A stretch of 64,000 nucleotides of DNA from an uncultured bacterium. Its GTDB lineage: Bacteria; Abyssobacteria; SURF-5. The number at the start of each line of letters is the position of its first letter. The first letter of the stretch is position 1. The translations under genes were made by a program, and so were the position numbers. The stretch spans positions 23,538-87,537 of the forward strand of contig CAZSKP010000018.1 of the NCBI GenBank assembly GCA_964607485.1, given 5' to 3'. Shown one piece after another: positions 1-8,857 of the stretch. The notes below the pieces were generated by a model, which made no database searches, was not told the DNA's origin, and worked only from the letters and a program-made list of their open reading frames with translations.

Positions 1-1147
1 TCCTGTCAAGAAAGCCGAATTTCCTCGGGCGTCCGGCAGGAAACACCCCCTTCTGCAAGACCACGACCGCGGGCAATAGCACGAGCGAGAGAAACGCCGC
101 AAACCCCACTCCGACGGCGACGCTGATTCCGAATTCCCTTATGGAGAGGATCTTGAATACAACGAGCGTGGCGAACCCGACCATGGATGTGGCCGCGGCG
201 AGCAGGATGGGCGTGCTCATTTTTCTCACGCCTGACGCCACGCCGGCCGTCTGGCCGAGTCTTTCGCTTTCCTCCCTGCAGGCGTAAATCACGTGGATCG
301 CGTACGAGCTGCCCAGCGCTATGAGAACGGCAGGCATCGAGGCGCTGAGTATCGAAAGAGGAAACCCGAAGTAGTACATTATGCCCATAGTCCACACAAT
401 GCACGTGACGATTATGAGCACCGGCCCCACGGTGAGCCTGACCGAGCGAAAGAAGGCGAACATCCCCAATGCCATGAGCAACAGCGCCGCGGGTCCCAAT
501 ATCCTTGCGTCGCGCCCGATGCCTATGTTGGCTTCCTCGTTCATTATCTGGTAGCCGAAGGGGTAGATGCGTTCCGGCCCTGAATACTTGTCGGCGATGG
601 CGTGGAGCGAGCGATACAATCCGCGTTGGTCGTAACCGGGGCTGAGTTTGATCGCGAGCAGAGTGGAAGTCTCATCCGTCGATATCAGTCGGCCATAGAC
701 GTCATCGTCGAGCCGAATGTCCTGTCGGAGGCGCTCGACCTGTTCGGGAGTGCTGGGAATGGAGGAGAGGTACTTGCGCACGTCGAGGCCCCAATCCCGC
801 CATTTCACACGCCTCACGGTCGCCAAGCTGAGGGTTTCCTCCTTCCTCACGTTTTCCAGAGAATTGAGCTCCTGCGTGATGGCCTGTATCTTTGCCAACG
901 TGGATGGACGGTAGATAGTGTCGCTCACCAGGGCGAGGTAGGCGGATTCGTCCTTGCCGAAGTAGGCCGAATATCGCTCGTTTGCCCGAAGGACGGGGTC
1001 GTTCGCAGGGAGGTCGCCCTCAAAAAACGGGCGCATCGTGAGGTTCGGAATGCCCGCGGCGAGAATGATCGTGAACACGATCGAGAACGCCAGAATGATC
1101 AGTGGATGCTCGACGGCCAGGTTTGTCAGCAGGGAGAATTTTCGCAT
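1..1147 (-). CDS. MMPL/RND family transporter, N-terminal part (runs off window edge)
   Basis: Own translation from ATG at 1147 (MRKFSLLTNLAVEHPLIILAFSIVFTIILAAGIPNL...) is open to the window end, with TM helices and ALGSSYAIHV and LLAAATSMVGF motifs that match the 42-44 kb MMPL paralog. Absent from the ORF track; 602..1249+ is its antisense shadow. Confidence 0.88.
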   Translation of the reverse strand, partial: MRKFSLLTNLAVEHPLIILAFSIVFTIILAAGIPNLTMRPFFEGDLPANDPVLRANERYSAYFGKDESAYLALVSDTIYRPSTLAKIQAITQELNSLENVRKEETLSLATVRRVKWRDWGLDVRKYLSSIPSTPEQVERLRQDIRLDDDVYGRLISTDETSTLLAIKLSPGYDQRGLYRSLHAIADKYSGPERIYPFGYQIMNEEANIGIGRDARILGPAALLLMALGMFAFFRSVRLTVGPVLIIVTCIVWTMGIMYYFGFPLSILSASMPAVLIALGSSYAIHVIYACREESERLGQTAGVASGVRKMSTPILLAAATSMVGFATLVVFKILSIREFGISVAVGVGFAAFLSLVLLPAVVVLQKGVFPAGRPRKFGFLDR

Positions 1148-1153
1148 CGGGAA

Positions 1154-2749
1154 TTACGGGCTTGCGAGGGCCAGGTTGACCGCCCGCTTGAAGTCGTCCA
1201 TTGCGAACGGCTTGGTGATGTACTGACACCCGGTGCTTTCAAGAAATGATTTTATCTCGGGCACAAAGATGTCGCCCGTCATGAAGATGACCCTTCCCTG
1301 AAGCTCACCTCGGTTTTCGACCAGCCACCGGTAAAGCTCGACACCGTTGAGACCGGGCATCCTGCAGTCGATTATCAGCAGGTCATACTTTTTCTTGAGC
1401 AGCCAGGTCATGGCCTCCTCTCCGTTTTGCACTGCCGTAACATGGTGCTCCGCCCTGAGTATGTCGCTGATAGCCGACCTGCAATCGGGGTCGTCCTCGG
1501 CCACGAGCACGTGGCGCCTCTCCCCGTCGGCGGGGACAAGCGTAAGCGCCTCCTTCTCACCGTCCTCGTTGGCGACCGTCGTTATCGGCAGTCTGATGGT
1601 GAATGTCGTGCCCTTGCCCTCCTTGCTTTGCACGGAAATTTCTCCACGGTGCGCGCGTATGAGGCCGTGCGAGACGCTGAGGCCGAGACCGGTTCCACCG
1701 CTTCCCTTCGTGGAGAAGAAGGGGTCGAATATCTTAAGCAGATGTTCCTCGGGTATTCCGCAGCCGGTGTCCGAGATGGTGAACACGATGTCATTGCGCT
1801 TGCGGATCGAGCGTATCGTCAGCTTTCCTCCCGCCGGCTGCATGGCTTGAAAGGCGTTGTTTATCGTGTTGAGAAACACCTGTGCTATCTGTTTCTCGTC
1901 GGCCATGGTCAGGGGTACCTGGTCATCGAGTCGAACGTCCACCACAACATTGCTTGCCTTGATCCTGTAGTCGAGCAGCGCCAGAGTGTCCATCATCGTG
2001 ACGTTCAGATCGACAGGGTCGCGCGTCGTGCTCGACGGACGGGCGAAGTTCAACAGCGAGCTCACAACCGAGGCGGCGCCCGAGGCGGACTTCTCTATGG
2101 TGTCGATGTACCGGAGAATTCCGTCGGGAAAGTCCTGTTCCTTCAACAACTGGGCATATGCCAGCACGGGGAGCAGCTTGTTGTTCAGCTCGTGCGCCAC
2201 CCCGGCGACGAGTTCTCCGAGCGAAGCCAGCTTCTCGGAGCGAACCAGTTGCTCATGAGTTTCCTTGAGCTTCGCATTGGCCTCTTCCAGTTCCGCGGTC
2301 CGCTCGCATACCTTTTCTTCGAGCTGCTTATAGAAACGCTCCTTCTCCTGTTCCATTTGCTGCTTCAGAGATGCGCACTCGAGCACGAGGCGGCGGTTTT
2401 CGACTCCGCGCTCGGCGATGAGCTTTATTTCATCCACGTCGAATGGTTTTGTCACATATTCGAAGGCGCCGTGTTTCATCGCATCGACGGCATTCTTCAC
2501 GGTGCGCGTCGCGGTCACGATAACCACTTCGGGCGGCCGGTCGCTCGCCCTGATTATCTTCAGGGCTTCCAGGCCCGACATGCCGGGCATAAGGATATCC
2601 AGAAACACGATGTCGGCGTCGTTCTGCTTCAAGTGCTCAAGCCCCGCCTCGGCCGAGTCCATGAGGGTGACGTCGTAGCTGTCCTTCAAGATGATGCGAA
2701 TTGCCTCGCGCACGCTCAGTTCGTCATCAACCACGAGAATCTTATGCAT
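1154..2749 (-). CDS. Hybrid sensor kinase/response regulator (REC - coiled coil - HisKA - HATPase - REC)
   Basis: ILVVDDE...FLDILMPG...KPF receiver; VAHELNN H-box; N, G1, F, G2 boxes; C-terminal receiver VLVAEDD...IIDCRMPG...KPF. Confidence 0.95.
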   Translation of the reverse strand: MHKILVVDDELSVREAIRIILKDSYDVTLMDSAEAGLEHLKQNDADIVFLDILMPGMSGLEALKIIRASDRPPEVVIVTATRTVKNAVDAMKHGAFEYVTKPFDVDEIKLIAERGVENRRLVLECASLKQQMEQEKERFYKQLEEKVCERTAELEEANAKLKETHEQLVRSEKLASLGELVAGVAHELNNKLLPVLAYAQLLKEQDFPDGILRYIDTIEKSASGAASVVSSLLNFARPSSTTRDPVDLNVTMMDTLALLDYRIKASNVVVDVRLDDQVPLTMADEKQIAQVFLNTINNAFQAMQPAGGKLTIRSIRKRNDIVFTISDTGCGIPEEHLLKIFDPFFSTKGSGGTGLGLSVSHGLIRAHRGEISVQSKEGKGTTFTIRLPITTVANEDGEKEALTLVPADGERRHVLVAEDDPDCRSAISDILRAEHHVTAVQNGEEAMTWLLKKKYDLLIIDCRMPGLNGVELYRWLVENRGELQGRVIFMTGDIFVPEIKSFLESTGCQYITKPFAMDDFKRAVNLALASP

Positions 2750-2750
2750 T

Positions 2751-4778
2751 TTACGATGCCCCTTGCGGTAAAACTATCTTCACCTCGGTTCCTTTGTTTG
2801 GCTCGCTCGATACGAAGATGTCCCCGCTGTGCTCCCTGACTATCCGCCGCGAGATAGCGAGGCCCAAGCCCATTCCTTTCACCTTGCTCGTGTGGAACGG
2901 TTTGAACAAGTTCGGCATCTCCTCGGGGGAGATGCCGGTGCCGGTGTCGGATATCGAAATTTCCGCGACCATGCCGGGCGGAATGCCGTTTTCCTGTCCC
3001 ACGAGTTGGGGATCGGGATAGCGCCCGGCCTTCGTGGAAACGGTGAGCGTGCCCCCGGAGGGCATGGCCTCCAGCGCGTTGCGGAGTATTTGCGCCAGCG
3101 CTTCGCTCATCAGACTCCTGTCGAACGGAAGCCGGCCGTTAGCTATCTCGAAATTCTTCTTCATCGTGATGTTCTGCGACTGTGCGGTTTCCAGTATCCC
3201 GTCGATGCCTTCTTCGAGCAGTGAATGTATGTCCCCCAGCTCGGGTCGCGTCTCGAGCGGCTGCGAGAATGTCAGCAGTCGTTCGACGACCGAATCGAGC
3301 TTATCGATTTCTTTAAGCGCTATCTCGGAGAATTCGTCGCGGAACTTCTCGTCGGCGTAGCTTTCGGGGAACAGTTGAGTAAACGTTCGGATCGCCACCA
3401 GCGGATTCTTTATCTCCTGCGCCATGCAGAGCGCGCAACGCTGCCAGGCATCGTCGATGTCTTCGGCCGGGCGTTTGACCGTGGACAGGTCGGTGAACAG
3501 TATCACCGCTCCGATCGGTTGGCCGCCGGTATCGGTCAGCAAAGAGGTGGTTATCCCCAGGAGCAGTTTGGTCGCCGGGTCGATAACCTCCTGGCGGCAG
3601 AAGGACTTTTCCTGACGCAGCGTTCGGAACACGATGTCGGCAAACACCGAGCCCACCCGCTGAACGTTTTGGCCCATCACCTCGGAGGCTTTCAAGCCCA
3701 ATATTTGTTCGGCCGCCTTGTTAAGTATGATGAGGCGCCCGTCCGAATCCGTCGCCATCAACCCGGAGGTGACGCCCTGGAGGATTTCCTCGAAGCGTTC
3801 CTTTTGGACGAAGACGGCGCGATGCTGTTTGGCATTCTCGATGATTGCGGCTATTTGCTGGGAGAGGAGGTACAAGAACTCCAACTCCGTGTCGGACAGC
3901 CGCTTGCCCGTCACCTTCCTCCCCAACACCAGCGCGCCTATCAATCGGCCCTTTGCAGCCAGCGGCACGCATATTCGCGCCTGCAGCAGGCTGAGTTCTT
4001 TCCTCACGGGCAGCATCTCATCGAGGTCGTGGCGCGCGTCGGGGTCGTCGAGATTGAGTATCTGGTCGTATTTTCTCAACCATGAGACCAGGCTGGTCCA
4101 TGGAACCGTCCGATACCCGTTGAGCGCGGACGTGTCGATCCCGACGGCGGCCGTCATCCGCATCTGCAGCTTGTCCTCGCTGTGAAGAAGCAGCGCGGCC
4201 CTGTTTACGGCAAACATTTCCACGACGGCATCGAGCACCAGCGCGTGAAGCCGGTCGGGCGCAGACACGTCGGCCACCGCTTTCAGGAATTTGCGGAGCG
4301 AGTCGAGCATTTCGCTTCTTTGGGTGACCGCGCGTTCGTCCGGGGGCGTCCCTAGCGGAACCGATCGCCCCGGCGCTTGAGCCGGAGCTTCTTTGAAGGC
4401 GGCCAGCCTCTGTATGAGCCTTGCCCTCTCGAGCGCGCGAGTGGTCGCCGCGAGGAGGGCCTCTTTGTCGAACGGCTTGGCTACTATATCGTATACACCC
4501 TTCGCCCTCATCTCACGCGTCATATCGGAGCGGGTCTGTACGGCGAGCATGATGCAGGTCAGGTCGGGACAGAGGGACCGCAGACGTTGGAAGACCGAGG
4601 CGCAGTCGGTATTCTCCAGGAATTCATCCAATATGACGAGGTCGACCGGCTGTTCGACGACCGCGTTCAACAACTGGGGAAGCGTGCCCGCCGACACCAG
4701 CATGTGTTCATCACCGAGCAACATCCGGAGGGATTCCTGGATGCTGTCCTCGCTCGAGGCAACGACTATCACATCCAT
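2751..4778 (-). CDS. Atypical REC-GAF-PAS-HisKA-HATPase protein; phospho-acceptor His replaced by Gln (pseudokinase)
   Basis: H-box reads MAQEIKNPL; ATP-binding boxes intact; start set at ATG 4778 behind AAGGAG. Confidence 0.9.
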   Translation of the reverse strand: MDVIVVASSEDSIQESLRMLLGDEHMLVSAGTLPQLLNAVVEQPVDLVILDEFLENTDCASVFQRLRSLCPDLTCIMLAVQTRSDMTREMRAKGVYDIVAKPFDKEALLAATTRALERARLIQRLAAFKEAPAQAPGRSVPLGTPPDERAVTQRSEMLDSLRKFLKAVADVSAPDRLHALVLDAVVEMFAVNRAALLLHSEDKLQMRMTAAVGIDTSALNGYRTVPWTSLVSWLRKYDQILNLDDPDARHDLDEMLPVRKELSLLQARICVPLAAKGRLIGALVLGRKVTGKRLSDTELEFLYLLSQQIAAIIENAKQHRAVFVQKERFEEILQGVTSGLMATDSDGRLIILNKAAEQILGLKASEVMGQNVQRVGSVFADIVFRTLRQEKSFCRQEVIDPATKLLLGITTSLLTDTGGQPIGAVILFTDLSTVKRPAEDIDDAWQRCALCMAQEIKNPLVAIRTFTQLFPESYADEKFRDEFSEIALKEIDKLDSVVERLLTFSQPLETRPELGDIHSLLEEGIDGILETAQSQNITMKKNFEIANGRLPFDRSLMSEALAQILRNALEAMPSGGTLTVSTKAGRYPDPQLVGQENGIPPGMVAEISISDTGTGISPEEMPNLFKPFHTSKVKGMGLGLAISRRIVREHSGDIFVSSEPNKGTEVKIVLPQGAS

Positions 4779-4779
4779 G

Positions 4780-7335
4780 TCACACTGTCTCCTTCGCAAA
4801 CAATTGCGTCACCGGGAGCGATATCACGAACTCTGTGCCGCCGCTATCGTTGCTGTCAACGGAGATATTGCCTGAATGCTCCTTGATTATCCCGTGCACC
4901 ACGGCGAGCCCGAGGCCGAGGCCTTTCTCTTTGGTGGTGAAGAACGGGTCGAAAATCTTCGCCAGGTCCTCTCGGCCGATGCCCCTGCCGGAGTCGCGAA
5001 CCTTGATGATAAGCGTCTCCGCGTCTTCGACTGAGGCGACTATCTCGGTTCCGTAGAACATCTGAACGATCTGGTCGCGGGGCAGGCCGTCGGGGCTTCT
5101 GTATCTGCTCTTGCGCAGTCCCACGGTTATCATCAGCTCTCCGCCTACGCGGCCTTCGTCGGCCTCGATCGCCTGCAGACTGTTCAGACAGAGGTTGAGC
5201 AGCGCCTGCTTGAGCTGGCTCTTGTCGCATATTATCGGGGCGGAGGTGACCTCGAAGTTCTTCACGACGGCGACGCTCAGCTTGGTTGTCTCGGTGCTGA
5301 GGAGCAGCAGCACTTCCTCGATGATATCGATGACGTCCACCGATTCGAACAGAGGGGCGGACGGCCGGGCGAATTCGAGCAGCTTTTCCACAATCGAGTT
5401 GATTCGCTCGACCTCATCGACGGTTATCGAGGAGAACGTATCCCGGAACTCCTTGTCCTCAAACCTCGTCGGCAGAAGCTGTGCAAACGTCTTTATAGAC
5501 ACGAGCGGGTTCTTGATCTCGTGCGCCATTCCGGCTGCGAGCGTGCCCAGCGAGGCGAGCTTGTCGGCTCTCCACATTTCGCCCTCGAGCAGCTTGATGT
5601 CCGTCAGGTCGTTGAACACGAGCAACGCGCCGGTCACGTCGTCTTTTTCGTCTTTGATGAGCGAGGTACTCGCGCTGAGGTAGGAAATGGCGCCCTCCTC
5701 GGACAGGATATGGACCTCCTGGTTGGAGAACCGGCTTTTCCCGCTCACGGTATCCGCGAGCATCGAGCGGAGAGGGGTCGGGAGAACGTCGATTCCCCGG
5801 TTGATCACGTTCTGAGACGTGAGCCCCAAGATTTCCCTTGCTTTGTCATTGCAGGTGTTAATCGTCCGTCTGCGGTCTATCGCGATCACTCCGCTGCTCA
5901 TGTATTTCAGTATGTTGTCGTTGTGGTTCTTGAGCATCGTGACCGTGTGGTGAAGCAGCGCGTTTTCGAGCGCGACCGCCGCCTGATTGCCCAGCGTGGC
6001 CAGCAGGTTCAGGTCCTCGCTCGAGTATATGTCGGCCGATATCTTCTCACCCAGCGACAGCAAACCGATGAGTTCGCCCCGGTAGATGAGCGGGATGAGG
6101 ACTTCCGCCTCTATGTGTTCGAATTCCCGTTTCAACGGCTCGAATTCGGTGTAAGGGAGGATCCTCTTGAGCTCTTCTTTGACGAGCGCCGAACGCTCCT
6201 TGTTCATCCGTTCGATAATCGCGCTTTCCGAACCGATTTCACCATTGGCGTCCCCCAGCGAAACAGGCAGCGAAGCCGTTATGGTGAATTTCTTCTCGTC
6301 CGGGTCCGACAACAAAATGGCGGCGTTTCTGACCTGCAGCAGCGAGGCCACCTCGTGCACTATGCGGTTCTGGAGGTCTTCGAGGTCGAGTATCTTCGTC
6401 ATTGAGAAACTGAACTCGGTCAGGGCGGCCTGATAGTTGTAGCGGCCTCGGAAGAAATACCTGTCAATGAATATCTCCACGCCACGCCGCACGGGGAAAA
6501 CGACCAATGCGGCGCACGCGGCCGCAAAGAACGCGGCACCCTTTGGTCGCATGTGCAGGATCGGGCCAATCAAGAACAACAGGGCGACGAGCGCACCCCC
6601 GAGCACCACGACCGTGCCCAGATAGATGAGAACGCTTCTGAAAACGACGCCGAGGTCCATGAGCCGGTGCCGCATGATCGCGTAGGACGTACTCCCTATG
6701 GAGGCCATGATGACCACCGCGGTCAGCGGACTGGAATATTGTGAGATGCCCGCTACCGGCAGGAGCAAGGTGAACGCGACAATCGCGATGGCCGACAGCG
6801 ACACTCCCCAGAAGATATATTTGAGCTGCACCCGCTCGAAGCGGCCTGGATGAGTGAAATATTTTCGCGCGAGCAAATACAGGGCGGTCCCTGAATACGC
6901 AATGTCAAATATGATCTGTATGAAAATCCCTTTCCCATATACCGGCCTCACCACGCCGCCGACATAAACGATGTCCTGCATGACCAGGGGTGTAAAGCCG
7001 AGGGCCGAGACGAAGACTGCCGGCACGTAAAGAAGGAGCCAAATGCGTAAAGGCGGGAACTCATCCCTCTCCTGGGGGAACACATAGGCAAACAGGAGGA
7101 AACTGGAGGCCATCAGCGGGCCTGCCGCGAAGGCCACGTGGCCGGCGAATCTCAGCACCTCATGACGGCCGCCGACACTGATGACGAACAGTGCCAACGC
7201 CCAGGTGCCGCTGCTGTACAGCAGGGCAAGGAAGGAGATGTTTATGATTTTCTTGGGATTCTTGGCGAAGACATAGGTGCCGAGTATGAAGACAAACAGC
7301 GTGGTAGTGAGAATGCTCAGAGGTTTTAGGTCCAT
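4780..7335 (-). CDS. Membrane sensor histidine kinase (N-terminal multi-TM/7TM-type, GAF, PAS, HisKA, HATPase)
   Basis: About 8-9 hydrophobic segments, YAIMRHRLMD, GAF (LGEKISADIYSSEDLNLL), MAHEIKNPL, FDPFFTTK, GLGLGL; start may be 7335 or 7377. Confidence 0.93.
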   Translation of the reverse strand: MDLKPLSILTTTLFVFILGTYVFAKNPKKIINISFLALLYSSGTWALALFVISVGGRHEVLRFAGHVAFAAGPLMASSFLLFAYVFPQERDEFPPLRIWLLLYVPAVFVSALGFTPLVMQDIVYVGGVVRPVYGKGIFIQIIFDIAYSGTALYLLARKYFTHPGRFERVQLKYIFWGVSLSAIAIVAFTLLLPVAGISQYSSPLTAVVIMASIGSTSYAIMRHRLMDLGVVFRSVLIYLGTVVVLGGALVALLFLIGPILHMRPKGAAFFAAACAALVVFPVRRGVEIFIDRYFFRGRYNYQAALTEFSFSMTKILDLEDLQNRIVHEVASLLQVRNAAILLSDPDEKKFTITASLPVSLGDANGEIGSESAIIERMNKERSALVKEELKRILPYTEFEPLKREFEHIEAEVLIPLIYRGELIGLLSLGEKISADIYSSEDLNLLATLGNQAAVALENALLHHTVTMLKNHNDNILKYMSSGVIAIDRRRTINTCNDKAREILGLTSQNVINRGIDVLPTPLRSMLADTVSGKSRFSNQEVHILSEEGAISYLSASTSLIKDEKDDVTGALLVFNDLTDIKLLEGEMWRADKLASLGTLAAGMAHEIKNPLVSIKTFAQLLPTRFEDKEFRDTFSSITVDEVERINSIVEKLLEFARPSAPLFESVDVIDIIEEVLLLLSTETTKLSVAVVKNFEVTSAPIICDKSQLKQALLNLCLNSLQAIEADEGRVGGELMITVGLRKSRYRSPDGLPRDQIVQMFYGTEIVASVEDAETLIIKVRDSGRGIGREDLAKIFDPFFTTKEKGLGLGLAVVHGIIKEHSGNISVDSNDSGGTEFVISLPVTQLFAKETV

Positions 7336-7390
7336 TCGACACTCGCCGGCTTGGTCGCCTGAGAGCCGGCGCTCCACCCCGTACGGAATT

Positions 7391-8644
7391 TCACTTCAGT
7401 CTCGTGTCGCTATTTCGGTACCTCTTTGCTATCACGGCGGCACAGGCGCCGTCCAAGCCATGAACATTGATGAGCGCAGTGTTGACCCTGTTGAAGCGCG
7501 CGTTGTTCGGAACATAGTCGAGGTCGCATTCGGGATCGGGAGTCTCATAGTTGATTGTGGGCGGAATGATATCCGTCTCGAATGACATGAGCGCGGCGAC
7601 TACCTGCATCGGGCCTATGGCGGAGTTGGGAATTCCGATCATCGATTTTATCGCGCTAATCGGCAGACGGTACGCCTGTTGGCCGAACACCTCTTTGAGC
7701 GCCCTCGTCTCCATCATGTCCTGCACGACGGTCGAGCTCCCGTTCGCGAGGACGTAGTCCACATCGGTGGGGGGCATGCGCGAGTCCGACAAGGCCGCCC
7801 TGATGGCGTTCACCATCGTACGTTTGGTCGCCTTCGGTCCGGAGACTTTGTCTTTGTATCCGTGTCCCACAACCTCTCCGTAGATGTGCGCGCCACGCGC
7901 CCGGGCATGCTCCTCTTCCTCGATCACGATGAAGGCCGCTCCCTCCGAGACGACGCCGCCGCGACGATGCCTGTCGAAGGGACGCATGATCTTTTCCGGC
8001 GGCGTGCCGTCGTCGTAAACCAGGAGCCCGGCCAATATGTAGCTGATGAAGGCGTAATAGGAGAGCATGCTCTCCGTCGCGCCGGCCACCACGATGTCCC
8101 TGCGGCCTCTACGAATCTCGTTCAATCCCGCCCCAATCGCGTTGAGACCGGAGGTGCAATGCGTCGAGATCGTCGTCGCCGAATCGAACAGATCCACAGA
8201 GTGGGAGGCTTCTCCGACGGCCCCATGGACCGCCATGGAGGCAAATGCATAGGGCGGGACTTCGAAGGGGTCGTCGTTGATAGCAGTAGAGAGATGTTTT
8301 TCGATGTTGTCGGCGGATGGCGCGGTGGTGCCCCCGAAAATGGCAAGGCGTGTTTTGTCGAACAGGTCCGGACTGATTCCCGCGTCCTGGAGCGCCATCT
8401 TGATGGCCGCAAAGGCGAACTGGACGCACTTGCCGTGAATCTGCAGTTGAATCTCGTCCATGTAGTCTGCGGCGTCGAAATTCTTCACTTCGCCGGCGTG
8501 ATGCACCGGCAGCTTCGAGGTGTCAAAACGTGTAACGTAGGAAACTCCCGACCTGCCCTCGGTAAGAGACTTCCAAAAGGCATCTTTCCCGTTGCCTACC
8601 GACGAGACAACTCCCACTCCGGTCACGACACAGCGTCTGCTCAT
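7391..8644 (-). CDS. FabF-like beta-ketoacyl synthase homologue with non-canonical active site
   Basis: VVTGVGVVS, RPFD..R.G, EGAA, PPTINYETPDPECDLDYVPN; Cys kept (STHCTSG) but His positions read ANGSST and KSMIGIP. Confidence 0.9.
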   Translation of the reverse strand: MSRRCVVTGVGVVSSVGNGKDAFWKSLTEGRSGVSYVTRFDTSKLPVHHAGEVKNFDAADYMDEIQLQIHGKCVQFAFAAIKMALQDAGISPDLFDKTRLAIFGGTTAPSADNIEKHLSTAINDDPFEVPPYAFASMAVHGAVGEASHSVDLFDSATTISTHCTSGLNAIGAGLNEIRRGRRDIVVAGATESMLSYYAFISYILAGLLVYDDGTPPEKIMRPFDRHRRGGVVSEGAAFIVIEEEEHARARGAHIYGEVVGHGYKDKVSGPKATKRTMVNAIRAALSDSRMPPTDVDYVLANGSSTVVQDMMETRALKEVFGQQAYRLPISAIKSMIGIPNSAIGPMQVVAALMSFETDIIPPTINYETPDPECDLDYVPNNARFNRVNTALINVHGLDGACAAVIAKRYRNSDTRLK

Positions 8645-8700
8645 CTCCTAGACCCTTCTTCTCCCCGCCTCCCCCCGCACCGTGGGTCGAAGCTCAAGAC

Positions 8701-8747
8701 ACACAATATGTTGGGAGTTCCTACAGATATACCCTAATATATGGACC
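8701..8747. promoter_or_regulatory. Tandem NrdR-box-like operator pair
   Basis: ACACAATATGTTGGGA at 8701 (13/16 to acaCwAtATaTwGtgt) and weaker CCCTAATATATGGACC starting 31 bp later. Confidence 0.4.
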
Positions 8748-8770
8748 TCACAATTGCACCTTTCCAAAAT

Positions 8771-8799
8771 ATTTTACTATCAAACCCTCCGTATGTCAA
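8771..8799 (-). promoter_or_regulatory. sigma70-type promoter of the ketosynthase-kinase operon
   Basis: TTGACA-N17-TAAAAT in an AT-rich intergenic region. Confidence 0.75.
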
Positions 8800-8857
8800 G
8801 AAATTTGGCCACGTTGTGGCATACGGTGAAATATTTAATAATCGGCAGGCTTATATT

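Noticed and set aside
602-1249. 215-aa plus-strand ORF and many other long antisense ORFs (e.g. 1427-2839, 15788-17359, 50045-51613)
   Set aside because: Shadows of well-supported opposite-strand genes in GC-rich DNA; no motifs of their own
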